Source: Candidatus Doudnabacteria bacterium (GTDB lineage: Bacteria; Patescibacteriota; Doudnabacteria; UBA920). From it: a stretch of 64,000 bases of DNA. The notes beneath the pieces were generated by a model. The model worked only from the letters and a program-made list of their open reading frames with translations, did not search any database and was not told the DNA's origin. Both the position numbers and the translations under genes were made by a program. Below are positions 35,470-44,767 of this stretch, one piece after another (positions within the stretch are counted from its first letter, which is position 1; every line of letters starts with the position of its first letter). The stretch lies in the NCBI GenBank assembly GCA_023245895.1, contig JAHFJJ010000003.1, positions 11,343 through 75,342 on the forward strand. The letters run 5' to 3'.

Positions 35470-37029
35470 ATGACTGATAAAAAGTCCGAACTTAAACCGG
35501 TTGCGGTTGTCAGCGCCATGCGCACGGACAGGGATGTGGCTTTGACGCTTGAAAAAGTCATTGCCACCTTGAGCTCCCTGCAGAGTGAATTTGCCTCGGG
35601 AGGTATTGCCCAGGAGTTTTTGGCCTTAACCTTGTTGGTCCTCCAGTGCGTACGCTCCGGAAGAACAGACAAGCAGGCGGAAGACGCGGCAGACAGTCTT
35701 GGTCTATTTTTAATTGACCTAGCGGCTTGCCTTACCACCACCCCCTTTGAGAATCCACATGTCGAAGGAGTTACAGCCTTAGGCAAAGAACTTCTCCAAC
35801 TCCGGACAGACCTTAAAGAGTTGGCCGTTTCAAAAGCCCAAGTCGCAAACGAATTGCAAAGCAGGAACGCGGCGTTTGATTCTCTTTCACAACTTGCCGG
35901 CCAGCAGACTGGGAAGATTCACGAGTTAGAAGCAAGGCTGGCCAGCGCCACGGAAACTAACTTTGACCGGTTAAACCGGTTGGAGCCCACGCTTGCGGGA
36001 ATAGCCAGGGGCCTTGGAGAGAAGCTGGAGTCTGCCAAACACCGCGAAAGCTTGTTGCGGCAGCTCTCTCAAGTTCACGAGGAGCAGGCCGTCCAAGTTA
36101 GCAGGGATGTTGAACGGGTTGCCGAATTGGTTGTTTCCATTCAACAGGTGGTTGCCAATGTTAAGGCTCAAGTTAATCCAGTTGAGGTCGTCCAATATGC
36201 ACCTCAAGAGCCACCCGCGGCGGAGTCAGATCTTGATGTTGCCAAAGAAATTGGTCGTAGACAGGAATGGCTGCTTCAAGTTGGCGAGAGGATTGAGGAA
36301 ACTTCGTCGGCTTGTTCCGATATTGGCCATGAGTTGAGCCGTGTAAGCAGCGAGCTGGGGTTGGCCAAAGGCCCTGCCCGCGCTCCACTAGTCATTCAGC
36401 AAACCAAGCTCACTCAACAAAAAGGCCAACTCGAGGCTTTGCAACAGAAGCTGTTGGACTCAGAAAAAGGGGTCCAAGAGCAAATCAGAAAACTGCGTGC
36501 TTATAAGGCCGCGCAGGAACTGGTTGCTTCAGGCTTGGACCAGCAGGCAATGCTTGCCGGTTTACCGGAAATTCCTGATACGACGGAAGCAGAACCCGAA
36601 CAGCAGCAAGAGGCTGGTCATGATGCCGATTTGAATAAAATCCAGGCGCTTGCCGGCCTGGCGGCTGCTCACGGAGTGTCCACCAAGGCACTCTTTATGA
36701 TTACCTTGTACGAATGCCTGCCGCAAAGGCCAACCGGCGGCGTTCTAAGAAAGAGCAGTTTACGGATTGCCAGGGTAGCAAGGGATTGCGGACTGCTTTC
36801 GGAGTTTGGGTTTGGAAGAGAGATCCGCCAGATTGTCTACTTAAAGCAAGATGAGGCCTTTCCCAAGGCCTTTATGCACTATGGCGGGACCCCCGGCGGT
36901 ATAGCAATTTACAGCCGGACGGCCAATCCGCTTAGCTGGAAAGTCACGGATGTGTTTTCTGGTGAGGAGGTAAGTAGATTTCTGGCGCAGTATGTCCAGA
37001 ATGAACAAAAGGCGGAGGAGCGTTCTTAA
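35470..37029 (+). CDS. Island protein 2: hypothetical coiled-coil-rich protein (519 aa)
   Basis: Long heptad-like Q/E/L-rich central region and globular C-terminus. Divergent from island protein 1. Confidence 0.5.
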   Translation: MTDKKSELKPVAVVSAMRTDRDVALTLEKVIATLSSLQSEFASGGIAQEFLALTLLVLQCVRSGRTDKQAEDAADSLGLFLIDLAACLTTTPFENPHVEGVTALGKELLQLRTDLKELAVSKAQVANELQSRNAAFDSLSQLAGQQTGKIHELEARLASATETNFDRLNRLEPTLAGIARGLGEKLESAKHRESLLRQLSQVHEEQAVQVSRDVERVAELVVSIQQVVANVKAQVNPVEVVQYAPQEPPAAESDLDVAKEIGRRQEWLLQVGERIEETSSACSDIGHELSRVSSELGLAKGPARAPLVIQQTKLTQQKGQLEALQQKLLDSEKGVQEQIRKLRAYKAAQELVASGLDQQAMLAGLPEIPDTTEAEPEQQQEAGHDADLNKIQALAGLAAAHGVSTKALFMITLYECLPQRPTGGVLRKSSLRIARVARDCGLLSEFGFGREIRQIVYLKQDEAFPKAFMHYGGTPGGIAIYSRTANPLSWKVTDVFSGEEVSRFLAQYVQNEQKAEERS

Positions 37030-37043
37030 AAGCATAAAAAAAA

Positions 37044-37076
37044 TGGCGTGGAATTCAGATGAATTCCACGCCTCTT
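37044..37076. terminator. Bidirectional hairpin terminator between convergent island genes
   Basis: ggcgtggaattcagatgaattccacgcc flanked by A-run and T-run. Confidence 0.6.
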
Positions 37077-37083
37077 TTGTTGC

Positions 37084-38589
37084 CTATTTTTTCTTTTGCT
37101 TGAGAAGCAACTCCCGTTGTAGGGTCGCCCGAAACTCCCTGGCTCCTTCGGCATCTGAGGGGGATTGGCCAATTGCTACTGCCTCCAGGATGCACGTAGT
37201 CAGGTGTTCCCGCTGGACAGGCTTGCTTTTTGGCCAGAGCTCGTATCCATCTATATTAAGGTGGATGATTTCCCGGTTGCCAATGGCCAGACTGGCCAGT
37301 ACCGTGGGTCCTAACGGCCGTTTAATAAGGAGGTAGGTTGCCTCCCCGATTTTTACCGGAATGGACCGGGGTTTGGGATCTTTTTTTTCTGTCTTTACCC
37401 CGCCGCCGCCTCCACTTCCGCCGCCTCCACCCGGCTTTTTTTTGCCCGGTAAATCAATGGTTGGTCCGTCGCCGTGAAGGGTGGGGATTCCCCAAGTGTT
37501 GCCGAACATTTCCACCAGTTCCATAACTTGCGAGCCGAGTGAGTTCCTTTCAAAGACATCCTGACCTTCAAAGAGGGCTTGAGCCGGCGGCGAGATGTGC
37601 GTCCCGAGGTAAGCGTAGTCCTTTCGCCACGCTGCGCTCTTGAGAAATTTGTCACTCAAAGAGTCGCGGGCTGAGTTTTGGTGGGTTAGAACCGAACGGA
37701 CGAATATATCTCCGGTCAGTCCATGGCTGAAGAGGGGGTAAGGCAGCGCAGACCCAAGGTGAGGGCAATACGCAACCCGCAGACCAGTCTCGGCGTCGGC
37801 AATCCAGAGACCGCCGTCACCGTCTTCGGTTCTTTCTATGCAGGCTTGGATAGCCAGGTCGCTTCCCGGAAGGATCCTGTCGGCCAAAGGCGGAGGATCA
37901 AGCTGTTCTCCCCCAATTAAGAGTCTGAACATTTTGTCTTTGATCCTGGGGATCCGCCACTTCAAAGCTTCGCGGATTTCAACGTAGCTTGTGAATACCG
38001 GATCCGGGACGACAATGGCTGTAAATGAGCCTTTGATGCCTTTTTGAGGCCCCAGTTCCACTCCGGCCTCGTCCACCTCCCGAACTTCCGGTGGTGTACC
38101 CAGTTCAATGTCCGGAATGGATATCATTCTGACCTGGCCTTTTACGGTCGTCCGGGTTAGTATGTAAAATCCGGACCTGCCATCGTCGTTGGTTTCTCTC
38201 AAGGCAAAAGTAGCCAGCCTGCCAATCCGTTTTTGGGCCGCGCCGTGGTGCAGGGCAGACCGTCCTGACCTTCTTTCTTCCCTGGGCGTGCCCAAGAATA
38301 GGTAGCGGTCCACTCTTGGGTCAGTAAGGCCCACGCCATGGTCTAAAATCACAAGGGCCCGTCCACTGGCAGACAGGGGGTGATTTTTGACCAGGAAAAT
38401 TTCCACGAAAGCTTTTTCCGGTTCCCAATTTTCCTCGTTCATGCAGGCGCAAGCTCCGTTCCTTACAACTTCCCACAAACAGGCGCCTTTGTCCTTATAG
38501 AGCTCTCCTGCCAGGGTTTCGGTAAACAAGGTAGGGTCTATTTTCCACCCTTGGGCCCATGCGGTAGATTTTGCAGCAGCTGATTTCAT
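37084..38589 (-). CDS. Island protein 3: putative GHKL/Bergerat-fold (HATPase_c-like) ATPase with Gly-rich linker and uncharacterised C-terminal domain
   Basis: N-box-like EVVRNGACA, G1-box-like VILDHGVGLTD, a weaker G2 region, and a linker KKKPGGGGGSGGGGG. ATG overlaps the stop of the upstream gene (ATGA). Confidence 0.45.
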   Translation of the reverse strand: MKSAAAKSTAWAQGWKIDPTLFTETLAGELYKDKGACLWEVVRNGACACMNEENWEPEKAFVEIFLVKNHPLSASGRALVILDHGVGLTDPRVDRYLFLGTPREERRSGRSALHHGAAQKRIGRLATFALRETNDDGRSGFYILTRTTVKGQVRMISIPDIELGTPPEVREVDEAGVELGPQKGIKGSFTAIVVPDPVFTSYVEIREALKWRIPRIKDKMFRLLIGGEQLDPPPLADRILPGSDLAIQACIERTEDGDGGLWIADAETGLRVAYCPHLGSALPYPLFSHGLTGDIFVRSVLTHQNSARDSLSDKFLKSAAWRKDYAYLGTHISPPAQALFEGQDVFERNSLGSQVMELVEMFGNTWGIPTLHGDGPTIDLPGKKKPGGGGGSGGGGGVKTEKKDPKPRSIPVKIGEATYLLIKRPLGPTVLASLAIGNREIIHLNIDGYELWPKSKPVQREHLTTCILEAVAIGQSPSDAEGAREFRATLQRELLLKQKKK

Positions 38590-39443
38590 TTTTTCCTCTT
38601 TGAAGAACCGCTTGTCGCGGATATGCCGGCCAGTAGCCGCATATCCCTAGCAGACAGCGGTTGTCCGGTTTGCAGTTGTTGTAAAGTTTCAGCGTCTATC
38701 CCGCAACATCGAAACAGGCGCTGTACATTGGTGATAATGCGTGTCTTGTGGGCGTCGTTTAAACTGCCCGGCTTGAGCGCGAGTTCGATAAAATTTATGG
38801 CCGCGGTAAGCATAGTAAGCAGGTTATTGACCAGTTGGTCAGGCCTGCAGTCCACACTTACGACTTGGTCGCCAGGCGCTGGCTTGCCTCTGGCTTTGAG
38901 TTTTGCGCCTTTCTTCTTTCTTTTGTGCCAGTCCTCTTCCTGCTCAAGCAGGAAGGGAAGCTCATCCCATTTGCCGGCCTGTTCCGCAACGACCACATTA
39001 AATATTCCGGCTGCGGCTTCCACGTTCACGGTACCGCCTTTTTGAATGCAGTGTCTTAATACTTTTCGGCTTTGGATGCCGGCTTTCCTGCAGGTCTTAG
39101 CCAAGCCGTGTTTTTTAACTACTTGCGCGGCGGCTTTTGCAAGGTCGGCCATGGAACCAATTTCCGGGTGTTGGCTTTGGAAAGTTCTTGTAACGGCGGC
39201 AAACACCAATCCGGGTATGCTCATCTTGGTTACGGTTTCCAACCGGTTGATGTTTATACCTAACGGTACTTCCGGCGGATTGGAAGCCAGTATTCCCTCA
39301 ATAAGGGAATCGGGAATTTTGCCCGCCCTGAGTTTTTTCCAGTCAGGGTCATTCTCTTCTATCCATGCAGAAAGCGCCGAGGCCAGTAATGCCCTAAAGA
39401 CGATTACTACTGTCGGTAATTCTGTTGTTGCTTCTCGTTTCAT
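38586..39443 (-). CDS. Island protein 4: hypothetical protein (285 aa), translationally coupled to the GHKL-like ATPase gene
   Basis: 4-bp ATGA overlap with the downstream gene. Lys-rich central linker. Confidence 0.5.
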   Translation of the reverse strand: MKREATTELPTVVIVFRALLASALSAWIEENDPDWKKLRAGKIPDSLIEGILASNPPEVPLGININRLETVTKMSIPGLVFAAVTRTFQSQHPEIGSMADLAKAAAQVVKKHGLAKTCRKAGIQSRKVLRHCIQKGGTVNVEAAAGIFNVVVAEQAGKWDELPFLLEQEEDWHKRKKKGAKLKARGKPAPGDQVVSVDCRPDQLVNNLLTMLTAAINFIELALKPGSLNDAHKTRIITNVQRLFRCCGIDAETLQQLQTGQPLSARDMRLLAGISATSGSSKRKK

Positions 39444-39561
39444 TAAACCTCCTTAATTCACGAAAAATCGTATTCAAAAGTGCGCCGTAAATTTTTTACG
39501 GGACTAATTACAGTAACCTAATTTGCCAACTTAGTCAAGATAAAGAGCTTTTTGGTTTGGC

Positions 39562-39590
39562 TTGACAAAAAGCTAAAAAATAGCTATAAT
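39562..39590 (+). promoter_or_regulatory. Consensus sigma-70-type promoter (TTGACA-17 nt-TATAAT) oriented toward island protein 5
   Basis: Perfect -35 and -10 hexamers with a 17-nt spacer, seen directly. Confidence 0.6.
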
Positions 39591-39728
39591 TTTTGGTTAA
39601 AATAGAGTTTCTTCTTTTGGGTTAACCTTTATGAAGCCAAAAGGAGAAGCGCTGTTTTTTGAAGGTTTGAAAGATAGCGTGAGCACACCAATCCGGAAAC
39701 GGACTACATTTGACAGGAGGACACTAAC

Positions 39729-41294
39729 TTGACTACCACAGCTACAGCACCAGCTCGAAAGCCGATTGTTTTTAAGAAGTCGCTTGTGTTCAGGGAAATT
39801 GCCTTGCACCCTTGGGTGCACTTTGACGAGGCCGCCGGGGTATATTTAATCCGCAACTACGGTTCGGCTTTGTTTAGGGGTATAGCCCAGGCCGGCTTTG
39901 TTTTTTGGAAAACCGGCGACACGCCGGACGGCCGTCCGGGCGACGCCTGGCTATACGATGGCGTGGTTCCCGTAGGAACCGGCCACGGGATATTTGACGA
40001 ACATACCGAGGACGGGCGGAAGAAAGATGCTTGCGCGGCCACGCTTGTGGCTGAGTACCTCGAAATTTCTTCCATGCCTGAACTGGCAGAGCTCCTGGCT
40101 TACACGCTGGGCGCGGATAGCAAGGCTAGAGCCAACCCGTTTTCCCTGCCCACCGTCCTCAAAGACATGAATTTGTTTTTGGAGGAAGATCCCGTTTCAA
40201 TCTTATCGTGGGTCATGGAAGCGGTTACGGCTCACGTTAACCGCCGCCGGTTTGAACTCGGGCGCCAAACTTCCGCCAGGCCGTCGCTGGAAAACCCGCT
40301 TACGTTTGACTTGGTGCTGGCAGATTTTTTGTGCCAGTATCACGTCCAGTACGGGGCTCAGGCGAATTCCGTGCTGGCTCCGGCCATTCGCGAGTTTTTC
40401 GCGCTGGCTCCGGCCGGAACAAATCCGGTGGAGTGGCTTAAGACCAACTATCCCGCGTTGCAAGAGTACAAAGCCAAACAAGCTTGTGTACTCATGGCCC
40501 AGGCTTTTGGCCTTTTGGACCATCCTCACTTCCGCTACATAATACAGTACGTGGTCAATCCTTCCCTCTGCCAAAAGGGCAAACTTCCTTTTGCCGCCTC
40601 ATTTGAGTTGCCTACCTTAATTGTTGACATATTCAGCGACAACGGCGGGCAGTTGGAGCAGGCCTTGGACTGGGCTTCAGTAGCAATTGCCGCTAAGCTC
40701 TACTCTTCCAAGAGGTTTGTAGAAGCCAAGGCCGAGTACGCAGCCGGGGCAAAGTTAGAAGTACTAAAAACGTCACAAGGGGAAGTCAGCCTGGTCAGCC
40801 TGGTCAGCGACAACCCAAAGGCAATGGCGGTGTCCCATTCCGCCGCCGCCGCCAGGGCCCAACGCAACGCTGATATTTTTGTCCTGCGAAAGCCTTCCGG
40901 GCATGTTGGGGTGTTTGCGGATCCCCTGCTCGACATCCGTGATGTAGTAAAGCTGCTGCGGATGCTGGAAATACAGAAGCGTGGTCTTGAAATGCCACCT
41001 TGGGACAAGCTGGTGAAAGGGGGCGACGGGCCTGATGGAGCGTTCTTTTACTTTCCGGACGCGAACCATTTGTACAACAGTTCGCTGTCCACTCCTGACG
41101 TTCCCAGGACGCTCCTGTCTTTGGACCGGGTCCTCCACACCATTCGGTTCGCCTTGGACCAAAAAGCCTTCCCGCCCGATTTTTCCGCGGGTTGCTTGAA
41201 AGGAGTGTGTGGCTCAACAGACAACGATCCCTGCCCGATTTTCGCGGCAGGCCTGGAGCGTTGCCACCAAATCCGCGCGCGGTCCAAAAAGTAG
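39729..41294 (+). CDS. Island protein 5: hypothetical protein (521 aa), TTG start with strong RBS
   Basis: aggagga 8 nt upstream of TTG at 39729. No in-frame ATG nearby. GC-rich. Confidence 0.5.
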   Translation: MTTTATAPARKPIVFKKSLVFREIALHPWVHFDEAAGVYLIRNYGSALFRGIAQAGFVFWKTGDTPDGRPGDAWLYDGVVPVGTGHGIFDEHTEDGRKKDACAATLVAEYLEISSMPELAELLAYTLGADSKARANPFSLPTVLKDMNLFLEEDPVSILSWVMEAVTAHVNRRRFELGRQTSARPSLENPLTFDLVLADFLCQYHVQYGAQANSVLAPAIREFFALAPAGTNPVEWLKTNYPALQEYKAKQACVLMAQAFGLLDHPHFRYIIQYVVNPSLCQKGKLPFAASFELPTLIVDIFSDNGGQLEQALDWASVAIAAKLYSSKRFVEAKAEYAAGAKLEVLKTSQGEVSLVSLVSDNPKAMAVSHSAAAARAQRNADIFVLRKPSGHVGVFADPLLDIRDVVKLLRMLEIQKRGLEMPPWDKLVKGGDGPDGAFFYFPDANHLYNSSLSTPDVPRTLLSLDRVLHTIRFALDQKAFPPDFSAGCLKGVCGSTDNDPCPIFAAGLERCHQIRARSKK

Positions 41295-41316
41295 GACAAG
41301 TTTCGTTTACCACTTA

Positions 41317-41366
41317 GGCAGTAGGTTTTGCGTCGGCAACGCAAAACCTACTGCCTCTTTTTTTTG
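41317..41366 (+). terminator. Rho-independent terminator closing the island (17-bp stem + T9)
   Basis: ggcagtaggttttgcgtcggcaacgcaaaacctactgcc + tcttttttttt. Confidence 0.7.
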
Positions 41367-41397
41367 TAAAATAAAAAACCTCCCAGTTAGGGAGGTT

Positions 41398-43326
41398 TTA
41401 AGTGTTCAAAGTTTTTTGTTTTATTTTCTCCTCAAAGCTTTCCAGCACGTCTCCCGCTAAAACTTTTACGTTGGTTTTAAGTTTTATACCGAATTCTTCG
41501 CCTTTGCCCGCGGTTCTTGCGGCGACTTTGCTTTGCTGGAGTTCGGTTATTTCCGCGCGGCCCATTTCCACGCCTTCCCTTAGCACCATAATGTGGCTGA
41601 CTTTTTTAAGTTCGCCTTCTTCCACTTTGCCGCCGACTATCATTAAACCTTTTTCCGTGCGGAAAATTGCCAGGACTTTGGCTTTGCCAAAGGTGTGCTT
41701 TTCCAATTCCGGCGTGAACATTTTAATTACGGCAGAAGTTAAATCTTCAATCAGTTCATAAATAACTTCGTAAGAATCTATTACCACTTTTTTTTGTTTG
41801 GCCAGGTTAATGGCTTTGGAATTTATTTTGGTATGGAAGCCAATTATAGTAGCGCGGGAACTTGCGGCCAAAAGAACATCGCTCTCGTTAATTTCGCCTA
41901 CGCCTTCGTTAAGGATGGAAATTTTAACTTCATCGTTCTTTAATTTGGCAACGGATTGCTTAATGGCTTCCAAAGAGCCGGCCACGTCGGTTTTTATTAT
42001 CAGGTTCAGTGTTTTATTCTTTAAGTCGCCCACAATGGCCTGCTTGCCGGCAATTTTGTGGCTCTGGTTTTTGCGCTGGACGGTAATGGCAATTTGTTTG
42101 GCGGAGTCTAAATCTGCCGTGGTCTGCAGAATGTCGCCGGCTTGCGGGACTTCGCTAAAACCGGAAATTTGCGCCGGGGTGGAAGGCACGGCCTCTTTTA
42201 ATTTTTTACCCGTTTCATCCTCTAAGCTCCTAATTCTGCCAAAAGCCGCGCCGGCCGCAATAATATCGCCGACTTTAAGCGTGCCGTTTTGTACAATTAC
42301 GGTTGCGGTTGCCCCTTTACCCTGGGAAATTTTACTTTCAATAATGGTGCCAATGGTTTTGCCAGCCGGATTGGCGCGGAAGTTTTCTACTTCAGCCGTG
42401 AGTAGAATCATTTCCAGCAAATTGTCTATGCCCATGTTTTGTTTGGCGGAAATTTCTACGGCAATGGTTTTGCCGCCCCACTCCTCGGTTAACACGCCCT
42501 GTCCGGCCAGTTCCTGTTTGACTTTTATTACGTTGGCCTCGGGTTTGTCTATCTTATTTATAGCCACAATCATGGGCGTGTTGGTAAACTTGGCGCGATT
42601 TATAACTTCCAAAGTCTGCGGTCTTATCCCGTCATCGGCCGCAACAACAAGGATAATAAGGTCGGTTACGTTGGCGCCGCGGGCCCGCATTTCACTAAAG
42701 GCTTCGTGGCCCGGAGTGTCCAAAAAGGTAATTAACTTTCCATTTTTTTTAATCTGATAAGCACCAATGTGCTGGGTAATGCCGCCGCTTTCACCTTCGG
42801 CGACTTTGGCTTTCCTAATGGTATCGAGCAAAGTGGTTTTTCCGTGGTCAACGTGCCCCATAATGGCAACAATGGGCGGACGATATTTTAAATTTTCTTC
42901 TTTTTCGGCTTTTAAAACTTCCTGCAAAAAACCAATGCCGTATTCCGCCACTGCTGTATCAACTTCAGTCTCAACTTCAAAACCTAACTCTTGCGCCACA
43001 ATAGAAGCAGTATCAAAGTCCACCTCTTCGTTAATGCTGGCCATTACGCCGTTGTTAATTAAAACGGTTATGACTTTGGTTACGGGCAGTTTTAACAAAA
43101 CGGCAAAGTCCCTAACCTTAATGAAAGAAGGCAGTTTAACTTTTTTTATCTCCTTCGGCCCCGTTGCCTGCTTGACCGGCTGGCCGTAGGCTTCCAAAAG
43201 TTTCCGTGCCACGTAGTTGTCTACCTTGTTGGCCTTAGGCGAAATAAAATAACCCTTCTCCTTGGCTTTCAGGCGAAGGTCTTGGATGGACATATTTAAT
43301 TGTGACGACAAACTAGATAGATTCAT
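41398..43326 (-). CDS. infB: Translation initiation factor IF-2
   Basis: G-domain motifs (GHVDHGKTTLLD, DTPGH, NKID). 642 aa. Confidence 0.9.
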   Translation of the reverse strand: MNLSSLSSQLNMSIQDLRLKAKEKGYFISPKANKVDNYVARKLLEAYGQPVKQATGPKEIKKVKLPSFIKVRDFAVLLKLPVTKVITVLINNGVMASINEEVDFDTASIVAQELGFEVETEVDTAVAEYGIGFLQEVLKAEKEENLKYRPPIVAIMGHVDHGKTTLLDTIRKAKVAEGESGGITQHIGAYQIKKNGKLITFLDTPGHEAFSEMRARGANVTDLIILVVAADDGIRPQTLEVINRAKFTNTPMIVAINKIDKPEANVIKVKQELAGQGVLTEEWGGKTIAVEISAKQNMGIDNLLEMILLTAEVENFRANPAGKTIGTIIESKISQGKGATATVIVQNGTLKVGDIIAAGAAFGRIRSLEDETGKKLKEAVPSTPAQISGFSEVPQAGDILQTTADLDSAKQIAITVQRKNQSHKIAGKQAIVGDLKNKTLNLIIKTDVAGSLEAIKQSVAKLKNDEVKISILNEGVGEINESDVLLAASSRATIIGFHTKINSKAINLAKQKKVVIDSYEVIYELIEDLTSAVIKMFTPELEKHTFGKAKVLAIFRTEKGLMIVGGKVEEGELKKVSHIMVLREGVEMGRAEITELQQSKVAARTAGKGEEFGIKLKTNVKVLAGDVLESFEEKIKQKTLNT

Positions 43327-43464
43327 ATTAACCGCTGATTAGTCGCCGATAGGAATGCTGACTACACGCTGAGTGCAGCGTGCCGATCCCGTACCGTGTA
43401 CGGGACAAGTTTACCGGCGTCTAAGTATTTAACTTACTTACATTATCAGAAAATAGTAATAAAA

Positions 43465-44238
43465 TCAAGGCGTTTTTGTTTGGGAAACATGCTTTTCGTC
43501 AGGACAAAAGTCCCAGATAAATTTAAACCAAGTCCTGTAACAATCGGCCAATTCCTTATTAACTATCACTGCCAGGGTTACGTCTTCAGTTAAGCTCTTT
43601 AAGTGCAGGCCTGAAAAAGTTACTATATGGTCGCCAAAGATATCAATAGCGCCCGTAGTTGAGTATTGGGGCGGCAAAAATTTATAAGGCTTGCCTAAAG
43701 CAGGAAGAAGTTCCGCGGCTTGAGCTATTACTTCGTGGTCAAAAATATGATGGTACCTTATGCCTTTTTCCTTTGCCTGCTTTAAAAATTTTGCAATAAA
43801 AGTTGCAAGGTCTTTATCAAACCAGCCGCCCTTGGCGCCAATGAAGTAAACGTCTTTGCCGGTTTTTAAAATATCCCGCAGGTAATTTTTAAAGCCTTCT
43901 TTGCCTTTGTAAACATACACCGCCTCATGTGACGCCGTTTTTTTAAACTGTGTTTTTAGTGAGGGCAAGATTTTTTCCAGCTTGGATTGTTTCTCCCCAA
44001 TTAAGTCTTCCAGCTTATCCGGCGGCACCGCGGCGTATTTAGCTTCTTTGCTTTCCGCAATTTGGTAAATTAAACCTTTGTGCAGGATTCGGGGTATTGC
44101 ATCGTAAATATTGCGTTTATGGGCTTTGGTCTTTTCAGAAATTTGCGGGACTGAGAGTTCGCCATTGCCAAGCAAGGCCTCGTATATTTTGGCTTCGTTT
44201 AACGATAATCCTAGCTCCTGGAGAATTTCTATATGCAT
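43465..44238 (-). CDS. TrmB family transcriptional regulator
   Basis: N-terminal winged-HTH (LGLSLNEAKIYEALLGNGELSVPQISEKT) typical of TrmB, plus C-terminal sensor-like domain. Confidence 0.6.
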   Translation of the reverse strand: MHIEILQELGLSLNEAKIYEALLGNGELSVPQISEKTKAHKRNIYDAIPRILHKGLIYQIAESKEAKYAAVPPDKLEDLIGEKQSKLEKILPSLKTQFKKTASHEAVYVYKGKEGFKNYLRDILKTGKDVYFIGAKGGWFDKDLATFIAKFLKQAKEKGIRYHHIFDHEVIAQAAELLPALGKPYKFLPPQYSTTGAIDIFGDHIVTFSGLHLKSLTEDVTLAVIVNKELADCYRTWFKFIWDFCPDEKHVSQTKTP

Positions 44239-44337
44239 ATAAAGTGGTGGTGTTTACCCCTCATTCAGAATTATATATCATAAGCTGTTTTAGGTAAAGA
44301 CTGCCAATTTAGACCTAAATAACCAAAGGAGGCATAA

Positions 44338-44637
44338 ATGTTCAGTTTTGGTTCTTCAATCCCTAAGCCCGGAGGCGCGGTAGCCTTTGTGGTACTCACG
44401 CTGTCCAAAGTTAATATTTACACTACTGGTGTAAAGGATGAATGTTCATGGGAGTATAAAGAGCAAGGATGGCGGTTAGTTGAGTGTTTGGTGGTTTCCA
44501 GGCTAACCCTGGAAGATGGCCGTGTGCGATTAACACTTCAGGACGAAATTTACCAGCATTTGACACTGAAGGAAAACGAAGCAATCGCCGAAGTATCTTC
44601 GTCCCACGGTTGGCATGGGGTTGTCCGTATCCAATAG
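44338..44637 (+). CDS. Hypothetical protein
   Basis: RBS aaggagg upstream. No domain recognised. Confidence 0.35.
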   Translation: MFSFGSSIPKPGGAVAFVVLTLSKVNIYTTGVKDECSWEYKEQGWRLVECLVVSRLTLEDGRVRLTLQDEIYQHLTLKENEAIAEVSSSHGWHGVVRIQ

Positions 44638-44767
44638 GGAGCCAAAGAAAAAGTTCTTAGTAAGTTAAAAACCGGTAAGTCGTTCAAGTTAAGGAGGCGC
44701 TTGAACAGTTACCGGTTTTATTTTTTAGCTGGTAACTATTCGCGCGAATAGTTCCTAGAGAGATTTA

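Noticed and set aside
37395-37450. Runs of ccgccgcc / ggtggaggcgg that look like a tandem repeat
   Set aside because: They encode the GGGGGSGGGGG linker of the GHKL-like protein, so this is coding low complexity.
41402-43189. Plus-strand ORFs of 119, 319 and 140 aa inside infB
   Set aside because: They are antisense shadow ORFs of infB with no RBS and low-complexity Ser/Ala-rich translations.
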